From NCBI RefSeq assembly GCF_000002075.1, contig NW_004797712.1, positions 593,273-657,253 of the forward strand: a stretch of DNA of 63,981 nucleotides, given 5' to 3'. The stretch comes from Aplysia californica (Eukaryota). The notes under the pieces are model-generated. The model was not told the DNA's origin, searched no databases, and worked only from the letters and a program-made list of their open reading frames with translations. Shown here one piece after another: positions 49,259 through 63,134 of the stretch (position 1 is the first letter of the stretch; the number at the start of each line of letters is the position of its first letter). A program made the translations under genes and the position numbers.

Positions 49259-51221
49259 ATATGTTATACCACTCTTGAGAGATCTTAGAATACGATTTTC
49301 CTTTTTTCCTTTTTCAGAATTTGTGCAGCCTAAAATGAAATGGTTGGGGGGGGGGGGGGGTATGAGAATAGAATTTAAAATGGTGTGCCCTCATTACAGC
49401 TCCATATATTTTTGTCACGTACAATGTTCAAAGAAGAATGTTTATTTTGGTTTTAGTTTCTAAGGGAAAACTGAAGTCATGTGGAGGATATGTTATAGTT
49501 ATAGTATTGATCATAATGGTGAAATGAATTGGCAAAAGATATTCCTTCAACTGTAACATTTTGGAATCTAACGACCTTGTGTAGGTCACAGCTCTCGACA
49601 AAGCCCTTTTGTTTCTGTTCATAATGTAAGTGAATTATGACATTTGTTCTTTTTAAAATTCTTTTGATACATTTAGGTCTAATTAAGGAGGTTAAGAATG
49701 CTGTTTGAGTGTATGATTGGTTTGTTTTTTTTCCTTTTTGTAATTTTAGTTGTTTAAAAAAAAATGTTTTGAAATTGTTAGTTTTTTTTTTGGTAAGAGG
49801 GTGTGTGAAAACCCAGTTTGTGAAAGTATTTTGCTTTGATAATCCAATTTGCAATGTTAAATATGAGGTTTGATTTCTATCCCATTTTGGTGAAGATTTT
49901 AGTCTTTGAAAAGTTTTTTTTGGTGCCCAGTAGCAGTCATGAGCTGTTGGGTAGACCTATATATATATTTAAATTATTTTTCTGAACTCCTTGCCACCAT
50001 ACTTTTCCAAAGTCAATGTCTACATTTTGACTGCTCAGTGTAAGTCTGTCATGCGTCGCTTTTCTAGATTTTGCTTGGTGGAATCCTACACTAAGCGGTC
50101 GATTGGTGCTTGACTGACTGGGATTTGCTGCTGCAGAAACAAGAACAATAAAGTTGCAGTGTTGATTAACGAACTGAGTGAAATGGCAGAAAGAAGATGT
50201 TTCTGTATCGTTGTATTTTATTGACTCATTTTTCCTTTATCGGGTCTGGCCTCAGTGAAATTTTTGCCAGACTGAAATTGTCTTGCCAGTAATTTTTTTT
50301 CCTCAAGAATTACAAGAGTTTAAGTTAAGTTGCTGCAATCTATCTCCCCCCCCCCCCCCCCTATCTTCTTTAACAATATTTTGCTGATGAAAAAAGTGTC
50401 AGTATTTGGGCATTAATGTTTTTTTTTGGATGTGTGTATTTGCCAGTGTAATTTACATCGTCATTTACAAGACACAGAATGCTTATTGTGATTTCTTGAT
50501 TTTATGATTTCCTCTTTCTCATGTTGCTTATGTTTTATTTTATTTTAAAAATTTTTTTTAGAGCAACTTTTGCTAAATTCTGTAAGTAGCTCTGATGTGG
50601 AAATGTTGATATATTTGGGTCTTATTTGGTAATCCTTATGGACGCCTGTGGTGTAACGGTTAGCTGCTTCCCTGTTGCACACCGGAGACCTGAGTTCGAT
50701 AAATGAGGGGGGCGAATTTATTAAAATTATATTGAGTACCGTATCTCAGTCTTTCTGCTGGGATGTTGTATCCCTCTCTGCCCTAGTTGGATCTGACAGG
50801 CAGGGTTGGAAGCCTGCCTCCTAAATGATCTAAATTGTGTCATTGGGGGTGTAAGAACATCTACAGTTTAAACTGTAACTTTAAGAAAATCAGTAATCTT
50901 TGACCTTACCTTTTTTTTACCCTGTTTGAAAGAATAGTTTAGATATTAATGAGGTGGTATGAGAGGCTTAGACTTCACTTTGTGGTCTAAGTAGACCTGC
51001 TCTTTATGTCTGTCCCCGTCGTTTTATGCAAGAAAAATTCAGAAATTATGCAAACTGGGCCCAAAAATGTGAAATTATGCGATTCTGTTAATTTTAACAA
51101 AGAATGATAAAGGAAAATAATCAGAAACTATGAAAAAAATTATCAAATTCTGCTAAAATATGCAGGGTGCATAGAACCACGGGGACAGCTCTGTTCCTGC
51201 TCATAAGCTCAGGGCACCCCA

Positions 51222-51425
51222 TTAGCTCAGCTGATATCATGCGAGGCAGTGGAGTGGACGGACCCTGGATGGAATCCCAGGCTGGACTTTCTTGAACTCA
51301 TGTTGTTTTATTGAGTTTTCAAGGCTTTCAAACCCTCTTGGCTCAGTCCTATTGGAGATTGATGTTAAATTCGGAGGTCCTGCCTATTAAATTACCGAAG
51401 AGTGTCAATAGGGGCGTTAAATGTA
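51222..51425 (+). mobile_element. Degenerate tRNA-headed SINE family F (second copy about 53172-53395)
   Basis: Shared TTAGCTCAG head, CTTGAACTC, GGCTC.GTCCTAT, GATAGGGG.GTTAAA tail. Confidence 0.55.
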
Positions 51426-52874
51426 TAGGCCTACCCTGTTATTATAAGCTCAGTGTTTTGGGGTCACCGCAAATTGTTTTCTTTCTTTTTATCCACCAGC
51501 TGCAAATCTGCCTAGTATTCCGAAAATATAGCAGTCTTCCTGGGATTTGTTTTTTGTTGGGTTTTTTTCCCATGAAAGAACCCCGATCGATCTGCATAAA
51601 ATAAGATTTTAAAAGCAATTTGTTTCCATTGGTCGTGTGATAACTTGTCATAAGTGACACAAGATATACAGGTTTATGTTTGTGTTGATTTAACCTATTT
51701 GGGCAACTTATTTTTAATTACATGAAAAGATATGTTTTTGATTTGTGTGATTCACACTTGTTTGCCATGATTGGCTTGTTACGGCATCTTAATTTACTGA
51801 GGCTCTTGAAACTTCGATTTTTTTCTTTCCCAAAATTTTAATTTTTTCTGGTGAGGATTCTGAAAAAAACTCCTATCTTTGGTCTTGGAGTGGTTGGCAG
51901 GTATGCAGCTGTATTGTTTTTCCCCTATTTTTTTTGTCCTCCTCATTTTAACTTTGTTTTCTTCCAGAATGTTCCCCTCCAGCTAAGCTGCTGCAATAAT
52001 ATACTTTCTTCTCATAATACCCTTTTTATAGCATGATACATGCTGCATTATTTTTTGTGCATGAGAAAATATCAATAATTTAGCGTTATTTTGTTTTATA
52101 AGTATGAGACATAATACCGTATATCATCTCATAATTTTTCTCCTTTTCACAATTTGTCTAAAGACAATCTGAATCTATATTGAATCCTATATTTTGCAAT
52201 TTCTGTAATTTGATCTTGCCTAGAAACCTTAGACCTCCATGGTTCAACTGAGGCGGTGCTCATGTTATATTGTCTGTCTGTGATAGGGACAGGACTGAGC
52301 AGACAGTCGCACACTCAGTGGAATCTTTTCACAAGTCCAGATGTTTGGAACGTTCTCAAAAATCATTTTGTGCCAGTTTAAAATAATTTCATGTGCCATT
52401 ATCTTTTTTTTTTCTGTTCTTGTATTTTCTTCCCTTCGGAAGCTTTTTCAAGAATGAAACAGCTGCAATATTTCTCTTTAAATCAGAGTATTTTATTGTT
52501 AAAAGTATAATACTTTCTACATAGCTCTGTTATGCTGATGAGAAAGGATCAATATATTAGCAGTTCAGTTTACTCACTTGTATCATGTACATATTGTTTA
52601 AGAAGGCATCGTTATTTACTAAAAACAGTATGCTCAGAGTCTAGAGATATGTTCTTTCACTGTATAATTTCTCCTTGCTTTAGCTTTCCTTTTTTCTCCT
52701 CATATTTTCGAAGACAGTCTAGATCTTCACTAAATCCAATAAATGGTTACAAAGTCTTTGAAATATTGGAAAAGTGTATCTTCATTTTATGTCTGAATAA
52801 ATGTTTGACCTCGAATGTGTATCTCATTCATGCCAGACTGATGAGTGGGACCCTGGTTCAAATCCCTTTGGGGA

Positions 52875-52876
<2 letters not shown>

Positions 52877-52946
<70 letters not shown>
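52877..52946. repeat. (TG)n microsatellite; other (CA)n tracts at about 2985, 16400, 48062 and 53946, and (ATT)n at 43150
   Basis: Direct inspection. Confidence 0.95.
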
Positions 52947-52947
<1 letters not shown>

Positions 52948-53943
52948 TTTATCTATATTGTCCAGGTAGTATTCTTAGCTCTACCGCTCCTTAGAGTGGG
53001 TTGTTGGAGGGTGTCAGTGATAGGTCCTACTTCTTTACTCTCTCTCTCTCTCTGTTGGTTCTGTCTGTCAGTTTTGCCTTTTCTTTGTACCAGGTGACAA
53101 TTATTGTGTCTATGTGTGCTTCTCTTTACTCAAACTAAATACTGAAAAACTGCCTGGTGTCTGGGGGTGCACTATTAACTCAGTTGGGATCATTTTTGAC
53201 TATGAAGCGGAAGGCCCTGGTTCGAACCCTAGACTGGGCATTCTTGAACTCGATTGTTTAATGGAGTTTTCATTCTCTCAACCGTTGATCACAATCCATT
53301 TGGCTCGATCCTATTTCTATCGGAGACGGATATTATTATTAGATTTGTAGGTGCGGCCTTTGAAATGGCCTAATGTGTTGATAGGGGTGTTAAACCCTCA
53401 CACTTCTGGTGGATGGGTTCTACTGAGGAAAGTTCTGCTTCATTCCCATTCTGTACCATACATTTATTTTATGTTTCTTCAAGTGACACATCCTAGGGAA
53501 TAAAGGAAAAAGAAAAGACAGGTCCTGCGTCTGTGGTGTAGCGATCAGGCACTTAGTCATTATTATATGCAGTCGACCTCAGTTTGATTTGGGCGTCGGG
53601 TGAATTTTTATAGAGTAAATCTGTCTTTATGCTTGGACGTTATATCCCTTCCTGCTCGGGGTGGGCCTGGCGGGTAAGTTTTCCTCTTAGATGATCTAAA
53701 TTTATGACGGTGGGGATGTAAAACACACATTTGAAAAAAAAAAGAATGTAAACCTAAGTGGAGCTATACCTGTACCATACATTTATGTTTCTATAATGTC
53801 TCTTCCATCGACAACTCCTGGGAAATAGAGGGAAAAACAAAAGACAGCAGAAGAAGAATGTTTATCTGGCTTGATTGGGCGTACGATGCGATACTTCTTT
53901 ATTGTACAGACTCTGGCTCATTGATTTGATGTTTCACACACTG

Positions 53944-53993
<50 letters not shown>

Positions 53994-54000
53994 GGGGGGG

Positions 54001-54524
54001 GGGGGCTCTAGTGGCCTAGAGGTTAGAGGTTAAGGTGTCCGCCGCTCATTCAAAGGTCCCGGGTTGGAATCCGGGTAGCGACCGAAAGATTTTCTTCTCT
54101 AAAAGTGGTCGCCTTTCACCTTCTTTCCTTCTCTCTTGCTATATTCTGTCGTCTACTTTCGTCTCCACTTTCTTCCCCTACCCTCATCTCCTTTGCCCCC
54201 TCCACTGGGCTCCTGACTCTTTCTGCAGCTTTTCTACTGCTACTCCTTGGCTCCTTCTTACTGCTGTCTTTCAGCCAAACCCTTGATCTTCTGGTAGGAG
54301 AGATCTACACCTAGCCTTCCCGGGCAAGGACGAAAAAACTCGGAGGTCCCGTGTGCTAGTTGCGCACATTAAAGATCCCTTGATGGTCCAAAATCGATAA
54401 GAGTAGGCTTCGGCCGCCACCCGAGCAAAATTAAAAATTTCCTATCAATTGAAAATGTTTGGTGTGTCCCGCGCGCTCATATATGACCTTATGCAGTTGC
54501 GAGTGCCGTAAAACACTTACAGAA
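54001..54524 (+). mobile_element. Full-length SINE A
   Basis: Colinear with the 41619 copy; a 3' half copy is also present at about 57315-57510. Confidence 0.85.
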
Positions 54525-55548
54525 CCCCCCCCCCCAACAACCCCCCCCCCCCCACACACACACTTACAAACACACACACACATACACACACATACATTCG
54601 CAAGCGTGCAGGCACACTCACACACATTCTTTCTCACACCTTCTTCACACCCATCTGTAGGGTGAGTCGTTATTTCTTAAATGCATTCAATTACTATATT
54701 ATTTGTCATGCATATTCCTGTGGCCAGCTTAAGGTCAGCTGTTGTTTCAACTTGACCCAAACATGGAAGTTGAAGGGTCAAACCTTAGTGGACCTGCGTC
54801 TGTGGTATAGCGATTAGGCACTTTGCCATGACATGCAGATGGTGGGTGGTTGGCGGGTGCTTTGGTGTGGTTTGCTCCTTCTTTCCTATCCAACATCTGT
54901 CGTCCTTATCCCCCCCCCCTCCTTTTTGTGTTTGTTACTCTCTTGTAACACCTCTATTCTTCGGCACTTATATGACCTTATTGTATTGCAAGTGCCGTGA
55001 AACACTTACTTAAACAATCGAAGTTATCTCTTCTTTTTTTGCGTGTTTTCGTTAATCTTGTAACGCCTCTAATCTTCTGCATTTTAACGAAAAATTTTTT
55101 TTAGTCTACTCTTACTGCTTGCACTGTAAAGATTTCACATCATTCGCAAGTAGCTAATGTCTTTCATTTTCTTAAAAAAACAACAACAGGCACACAACAT
55201 TTCGTCACTGCCTACCGTCTTAACGTTAAGAGTACGTTGAGAAGTGACAGAAGGGAATTAATAATTAGAATGTGTTCCTTTTTATGACAGCAGCAGTTAC
55301 GTCCCTTAACCTTTTACTTAAAAAAAAAATAAGGGTAGATAACTAATGATAGCCTATAAATATTGTTGTTTTTTAACGATTGTATCCCTTTAACAACTTT
55401 CTGTCTTTCAATGCTTCTGATTCTCACTTCTCACTGATGTCTTTAAGTGGACCGAATAATAGTCTTCTTGTACTTGAAGAACAAAATCATGACTCTCCCC
55501 ATCACCCCCCCCCAAAAAAAAATAAAAGAAAGAAAAAAAAACTCGGAT

Positions 55549-55847
55549 AAATAAATGAAAATAAATTAATTAACTTTTCGTTAGCAAGAGTTATAGTGGG
55601 GTAAAAAATTCGTGGTGCAACTTATTGTCAAATATCGCCTCAACTATCGAACATAAACTCTCCAGCTTTTACACAGTGACTTGTATCAATTTGTCAGAAA
55701 TAAATGAAAATACATTAATTAACTTTTCGTTACCAAGAGTTATAGTGGGGTAAAAAATTCGTGGTGCAACTTATTGTCAAAAATCGCCTCAACTATCGAA
55801 CATAAACTCTCCAGCTTTTGCACAGTGACTTGTATCAATTTGTCAGA
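55549..55847. repeat. Near-perfect tandem duplication, 149-bp unit x2
   Basis: The unit AAATAAATGAAAATA...TGTATCAATTTGTCAG repeats with a few mismatches. Confidence 0.9.
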
Positions 55848-57944
55848 TCAATATTTTTGTAAACACCTGTTAGCTGTATTCTGGAAAAATCCCTTAATAA
55901 ATTAATACAAATAAAAAGATCCCAGTGGGGGGTTTCTACTGATTTTAGAAGTTTTACAGCTGGGAAAATACCTCTTGTAGAAGCAAGCCCGTCATTATTT
56001 TTCTAGTCGCGAGATTATCTTTATTGGACGCGTGTTTTGAGAACATTTAACGCAAAAAAAAATTCCCTATAAAGTTAATTTATTGTACTTGTAACCAGTT
56101 TTGCCACTAAAAAGTGTCATTGGTGAACTGTGACGTAAACCATATTGCGTACGCAAAATGTGTGTGAAACGCGGGAAGTGCTGTGAACAATAATTACATT
56201 TTCCCCGAGAAGGAGATTTGTAGTATTTATATCACAGAATTCTACACTAAGTGTAGAATTCTGTGATTTATATATAAATTTATAAAGAAAAGTTGTTTAA
56301 CCTAACCTCAATTGTTGTGGAAAAATATGATTAAGTAAAGACAAATTGATGCAAACTGCTGCGCAAAGTATGGGTGACATTGATTCACCCGTTAAAAAGA
56401 TATTTGAGGATAAGTTAACAGTAATATTGTAGTCTAACCATCAGGCGGGTGGTGAAAGGGCGCCACTGGCAGATCCTACTTTTTCACTTTCCATTTTTCT
56501 GTCTGTCCGTCTTATTTGTATCCCAACACTAAATGACCACTGCTGTATCGATGTGCTTTTCGTTACTCAAACAGACAGAGTGGGTGGTTGGCGCGTGCTC
56601 TGGTGTGGTTTGCTCCTTCTTTCCTATAAAACATCTATCGTCCTTATCTCTCCTCCTTCTTTTTTGTGTATGTTACTATCTTGTAACACATCTCTTCTTC
56701 GGCACTAATATAACCTTATTGTGTTGCAAGTGCCGTAAAACTTTTACTAAAACTAAAACTGATCTCTCTTCCTTCTTTTTTATGTTTGTTACTCTCTTGT
56801 AACACACCCAACCTTCGGCACTTATATGACCTTATTGTGTTGCAAGAGCTTTAAAACTCTTGCTAATAAAATATTTAAAAAAGAAAAATATAACGTGTGT
56901 CTCTACGGTTGGACAACGCTTAGGGTGTGGAGGAGGGCCGTGGAAACTTTCGAGACAACAGACGAAGATCAAGAACGTAAGTTTAAAATTCGAACCAGGA
57001 TCACCGGCACTGTTGTCCAGTGTGACATCCAGTTAGCTATCGACCTCCTTCGGACAGGGGAGATCCGAAGTTGGAAATGAGAAAAGAAACTTGAAATGAA
57101 ACAATTCGTCTAAGAGTGTTAAAAAGCTTCGGACTCGCAGATTTTGTGTTCGAATTCACACACCTGTGTCCAGAGAAGTACATAGTTGACACAATGTCGA
57201 TCACATAGTACATGGAAGAAGCAGGACAAACGGACAGAAACACGTTTTTTTTCCATTTTATCTTTAAAAAAACCCTTTTTGGGGTTTTCTTAAACTACGA
57301 GTATGAGGAGATATGAGGTCCCGTGTGCAAGTTGCGCACGTTGAAGATCCCTTCGTGGTCCAAAATCGATGAGTAGGCTTCGGCAGCCACCCGGGCAAAA
57401 TTAAAAAATTCCTACCAACTGAAAATGTTTAATGATTTTAGGTGCCCGCGTGCTTATAAGTTATATGACCTTATGTAGTTGCGAACGTCGTAAAACACTT
57501 ACCAAAAAAATAAAAATAAAATAAACATGTTAAAAAGAATACGAGGGGATGTGCAATTTTTCGGACGTTGGCCATGTGTATTGCAGTTTGGTCGTTATGC
57601 TGTTCATTTGGAGGGTCTCCTTTTTACTCCGTCAATTCATCTTTTGTCTTGTCCTTCCATTTGCCTTGAAGCCATCGATGCGCATGTTGTAGGCCTTGGA
57701 ACTGGTTGTTGTGACTCCCATTCTCGTTACATTTACATTTGTACATGAGATGTACAAACCACCTTATTTGTTTTCTCTCGGTGTATTCCATGCTTGATAG
57801 ACAGGAAAAGACCCCCCAACAATACTAAAGGGAAAGAAAATAAGTAGGGCCAGCTACCCGCTTCTCCACGCTGTTATGTAAGAGGATTTTGTATCCCTGG
57901 GAAAGGTATGTTATCCTGTTTCCCCCAGTCTACCCATCTCTTAT

Positions 57945-58260
57945 AATAATTATAAATGACATTAATATATGGCGCTCAACCCCAAATAAAGTACACAGGC
58001 TCTGAGCGCTTTACAATACAGTACAACATACAACGGTAACATAAAACGTTGTGTTCTGACTAAAGAAAATTATTCCAAATATTCATCTTATTAATTTAAA
58101 AACAGAAACGACTTCAGCTGACATTTGAATGAATAAAAAGATTTAATGTCTCTCAAAGTACTTGGTAAAGCATTCCAGATCTTGGGGCCTTGGTATTCAA
58201 ATGCCCTTTCACTTTCTCTTACTCTTATAATAAATAGGTGCTTAGCAATCGGCACAGGCG
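57945..58260 (-). mobile_element. L2/CR1-group LINE 3' fragment
   Basis: Minus strand RAFEYQGPKIWNALPSTLRDIKSFYSFKCQLKSFLF followed by a TGTAAAGCGCT... tail ending in (ATT)n. Confidence 0.75.
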
Positions 58261-60811
58261 GAATAAAAACGTGCGTCTGCTATGAGATATGCTCCCAAGA
58301 TACATGATGTACTTCAGTGATGATTAATTTTTAAGGAACAGATCACTCAGGTGTGGGTTGTTGGCGGGTGCTCTGGTGTGGTTTGCTCCCTTATTCCTTT
58401 CAAACGTCTTTGCCCTTACCTCTCATCTTTCTTGTCTTTGTATGTTACTCTCTAGTAACACTTCTAATCTGCGGCGATTTTATACATATGACCTAATTGT
58501 GTTGAAAGTGAAGTTAAACTTACAACTCAGAACCCTCTCCCCAGACGAAGAAACAAGAGGATGAAAATAAGAAAGTCAGAAACGAGTTTGAGAAAGACAC
58601 AGTACGATAAATCTGGTATGTACAAAGCAATATAAAGGATAAAGTAAGGAGAAGACAAAATATAAAACAAGTAAACAAAATTAGACTGATTTTAGTCAAG
58701 ACTTTCACATATATATGCACTTGCAACACAAGCAGGTCATTAAGTACCACAGATTAGTGGTGTAGCATATATAAAGTAAAGGAGTAAGAGAGATAAAAGG
58801 ACAATAGACGTTCGATAGGAAAGAAGCAAAACTAGTGTGGCAGTCTTAACTAGAAGGAATAGAAAGAGCAAACAAAGGAGGACAAAGGAAGCAAAAACTA
58901 CAGGCTAGATCAATAGGGAAGATTTGATAAGCACATGAAAAGTGATAACAAAACACCATGTCCATTTGTTTTCATACTTTTATGTAGTGGTTCTCTTCTT
59001 AATTCATCAAACTCATTTTAAGTATGTCATTAAGAATATAATATATAAAAAAACTGTCAACATTATCAAATTCATATTATATAATGTACATATAATGACT
59101 TGTATCCCCTTATTTACATGTTCTATATATCTATATATATACAAATATATAATACACAACCATAAATTCGGTGAAAGCCTTAAGGTTTCCAGCCCATCAC
59201 TTACATGTGATCAATAATTCTGATGCACGTGATGAACTAGCCTGGTAAATCCCACACTTGGGGGAAATCTGTATTGGCCCAGAGTTAAGTTAAAATGTGA
59301 ACAAACATTGCTCACTAAGAATGATGAATATGGCAAACATTATACTTCAACTCCAAGCTACCAGTAGCCCCCCCCTCCCCCCAACAACCCAACAGAACAC
59401 CAACAACTAACAAACCCCCCAAAAAAACTCAATTGTGAGATAAATCTACCATAACTATATATTATATCCCAATTTTCTATTCTGAATGTACACTGCTGAA
59501 GGACTGCAACTGAAACTGAGACTCATTATGTACTGAACGTAAAGGGTATCACAAGTCCAACTATGTCAAAAAGTCTCTTTCAGTCCTGACTAAAACAACA
59601 GTTTATTACAATGTGATTTACTCACAGGAGTCTCCTTTGAAATACTATCTCCTAAAAAAGGTTGAATATATTTTATATTTATTATATTGCAGAAGAGAGA
59701 GAAGAACCCTTTGAGAGAGTAAAGAAAATGTACCACGCAGGAAAAATATAAAAATACCCCCTTCTTAATTTACTAAAGGAATGCACAACGAATGTCACGA
59801 TGCAATGATTGTCAAATTCAGGGCATGAATAGTTACAGACATATGCGACTAGACTTCCACCACATTATGACAGATAAGGTGACATTGACATGATCAATTA
59901 TGTTCAATAAAATATCTTTTCTTGCATTCAGAATGAGAATGCAAATGAAAATGCCATTTTTGAGTCGACACAGTAGTGTTGTGTTTTTACAAACACAAAA
60001 CATGTCGCAAATTCAAAGCAATGTGTGCATGACTGCAAGGTGAGCATAAAATCTTTTCCTTGACAAGAACCATCTTCCATTCCTCATCTTTGAATCCATG
60101 AAGGAGCTGATATTTCAAAAGACCACCTGTTTACTACTGTGTCTTCTTTTCCCACTCCACAGCTATCATTTTGAGAGTGTTCTTGATGACAATAAGTAGA
60201 GAATAAGTTAAAGTACATGAATAACAAGAAGTCTTTTTATATCTTTAAAGATGGGAATACGACTTGTAAAAACATATGCTCATGAATTGAACACTTTTTC
60301 TACTATGCAATGTTCGAAATTTGGAAAAGACTTCAAGCTCACATTACATACATTTACCATTGAATGCACAAAATAATCAAACATCTTTGGCAGGAATGGA
60401 TTTTACTTTTAAACACCCCAGTACGCATACTCAAGCTGAGAACAAACATTCACTTGTGCAATATATTTGTAGCTCATACACCAGTCATTTACAGACACAC
60501 GCACACAGATGCAGGCAGGCAGGCACGCACTCAAGTACACACACACAGAGAGTCAACATCTTCTCTTCATCCACAACAGCACTTCATCATTTCCCTCCTT
60601 TATCACAGCGTTAGATCATGACCTTCACATCGCATTTGTCAACACATCTTTCAGACAAGTTTGCCATTTGTTTTTCAGCGCTAATTTTGTGCAATAATCT
60701 TGTGCTTTACCAAGAACAATATAAACTATTCATTTTATACAATTCTTAGCCTCATTCAAGACAACCTCTCTAAATATCTGTACAAAACACTATAAAAACA
60801 AATACTAGACA

Positions 60812-61178
60812 TTAGTGAGCAATGCCTTCTTTCCTGAAAATGTACTCAATTCCTTCGTGGACATCATGGACATACTGGTGAGGTTTGGACAACTCTGGTT
60901 CATGGGCGATGTCTCTGTGACCGTGGTACACGTCTCCCTTTGAGGAGTCTGTGGATGTTTCGCTTCCACCGTTGATGGAGTCAGACTCTGGCTTATGTTT
61001 GTACACACCAGTGCCGACCAGCATACTGTGGCATGATTCGACGGTCTGTTCGTGCAGGTCCTCATTCTCTGGGATCAGTCGGGAAACGGGAAGATCAAAG
61101 GCATTTCCATTCGTGTCCTTTTGCTTGATGTAGCGGTCATACAGGTTAGCACCAACAATATCAACTGAAGGGTTGTCA
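60812..61178 (-). CDS. HDHD5: HAD-superfamily IIA hydrolase HDHD5/CECR5, last coding exon
   Basis: tacag|(G)DNPSVDIVGANLY...SMLVGTGVY...HGHRD...IFRKEGIAH*; HAD motif IV GDNP..D..GAN and the HDHD5-typical HGHRD. Confidence 0.92.
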
Positions 61179-61817
61179 CTGTAGAAGGAAAGATTTGAAT
61201 GTTACTTTCAATAAATTAATACAAGAACCAATTATGAGCAAAAAAGATGAAATACAAATACTTATCAATGTGATAAAATTAGGAACAAATATTTTTAACA
61301 AGATAAACACTGGAGAGTTCTTATGGTAACACATCAATCATTATTTTGCTATCGTCATACCATTGAGAACAATTTTTTTTTTTTTTAGCATACGTACAGT
61401 CATACTCCCCAAGACCCTTTTTCTGGTTTCCCACCCCAAAGCAATTCATCTCTTTTAAGTGAAACCATCCTTTATTGAATATTAACACAATTTAGAGAAT
61501 AATACATTAAAAATACACCATGAAATTCTCCTGACAGCTCTGATTCCCGAACTCAGAATGTACCTTCTCACATACGTGAAAATCATTTTACAAAGCTATA
61601 ACAGGTTTTTGAAAGAACAGAAATTAGGATAAAATAAAATGTAAAGTTTAAAAATGTTTGATCTCTGTCAATGCTATTCATCCCGATATTTCATTATAAT
61701 TATTAAAGAGTACCCCCCCCCCCCCCCCCCCCCATTTAATAGTTTGCCTTCTAGTTTCTTTGATCCTTGAAGAGACTTATCATCTCAATGAAAGATTGGT
61801 TTAAAAAAAATGCTTAC

Positions 61818-61960
61818 CCAAAGAAGTACAGTCGTTTGATTGGCTTTGTGTTTCCCATCTGCTTTGCAATCTTTGCCACAGTGTGTTCGGCGAAGCGGTA
61901 TGTGATTTCACAGGGTTTGCCCACAAGGTTTTTGTACTGCAGTTCATTACCAGTGATTTT
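61818..61960 (-). CDS. HDHD5: HDHD5 exon
   Basis: tcag|KITGNELQYKNLVGKPCEITYRFAE...LYFF(G)|gtaag; HAD motif III GKP. Confidence 0.93.
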
Positions 61961-62478
61961 CTGAAAAACGCAAAAAACAAAATGAAGAACTTCTTCAATA
62001 CTATTTACTGCAAAATGGTGGAAGAAAATTCAAACCATTCTAATAATATTTTATGAAGTTAAAAGACTAACAGATTACATAACATAAACTTTTCTATGAA
62101 AGGCTCCTTGAAAATTCAAAAATTGAGCAATAGTTCACAAGATAAATAGATCGAAACAAGAGCACACAATATACTGTGCATGTGTATCTAATTTCAAGTT
62201 CCTGAAAAGTAAGAATGATAATTAACAAAAGGCACTTGTAGATTATGAATAGTCATGATATTTAAAAGACCTCATTACCATAGTGCATAAATACCTCTGC
62301 TAAAGGGAAAGTTCTAAAAGCACTTTCCAGTTCATCATTAACAGTCAAAGGATTCTTTACTGAGTGAATCAGAAAATGCATTTACGGCTAAAAACCATTA
62401 AAAGCATCAAGCTAAAAAGAACACCACCCCACATCCCAAAAACTTTACAAACTAGAACCTCTGTTGTGATTTTCTTAC

Positions 62479-62702
62479 CTTGTACAGAGCTTCTAGACAC
62501 AGGAGGAAAGCGCCATGACCAAATCGGGGCATGCAAGCTTCAGCCATGAAAACGAGGTCCATGTTGCAGGCAATGATGGGGATTTGAGGAACATTGTGAG
62601 GGTCTTTTGGGGCAGCGGTTGGTTTGCCCTCAGTCAGCAGCAAGTCGATCAAGAGTTGAAGATCTGACTCCCACCGGCATGGTTCTCCGATGAGAAGCAC
62701 AA
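62479..62702 (-). CDS. HDHD5: HDHD5 exon
   Basis: VVLLIGEPCRWESDLQLLIDLL...ACNMDLVFMAEACMPRFGHGAFLLCLEALYK|gtaag; PRFGHG is the CECR5 signature. Confidence 0.95.
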
Positions 62703-63088
62703 CTGAAAAATACAACGAAAATGCTTCATTAGGAAAATATGCAGATGCAGAGTTCTTAAAAGTCATCACACAAGATGTATCATATATTTACTAATGTTAA
62801 ATCATATTATTCTTATTGGTCTACACATAACGCAGCTGCATTATATTGCTGCAAAAACTTAACAAATGTCATGAAAGAAATATAGGAACCTGAAAGTAAT
62901 ATATGTAGAAATATGAGTATCATCTTTTACTTCAACAGATTAGTAAAATAGAGTAGAAATTAAAATGGATCAATAGCCTGGATAAACAACATTTACCATT
63001 AATTTTTCACACGATTAAGTAGACGGTGACCCTCCCCAAAATATGGCACACAGAAGAAAACACTTTAATTTACTTCATCAATACTTAC

Positions 63089-63134
63089 CATCAATTTTGG
63101 GAAAGTTGGGATTCTCTGTGTAGCCATGCTTAGC
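63089..63134 (-). CDS. HDHD5: HDHD5 short exon
   Basis: tcag|AKHGYTENPNFPKID|gtaag; phases fit both neighbours. Confidence 0.8.

Noticed and set aside
55549-55847. Direct repeats considered as a CRISPR-like array
   Set aside because: Two contiguous 149-bp units with no spacers, in a eukaryotic context.
56895-57720. Coding-like fragments (possible LINE remnants)
   Set aside because: Too degenerate to assign by eye; would need a profile search.
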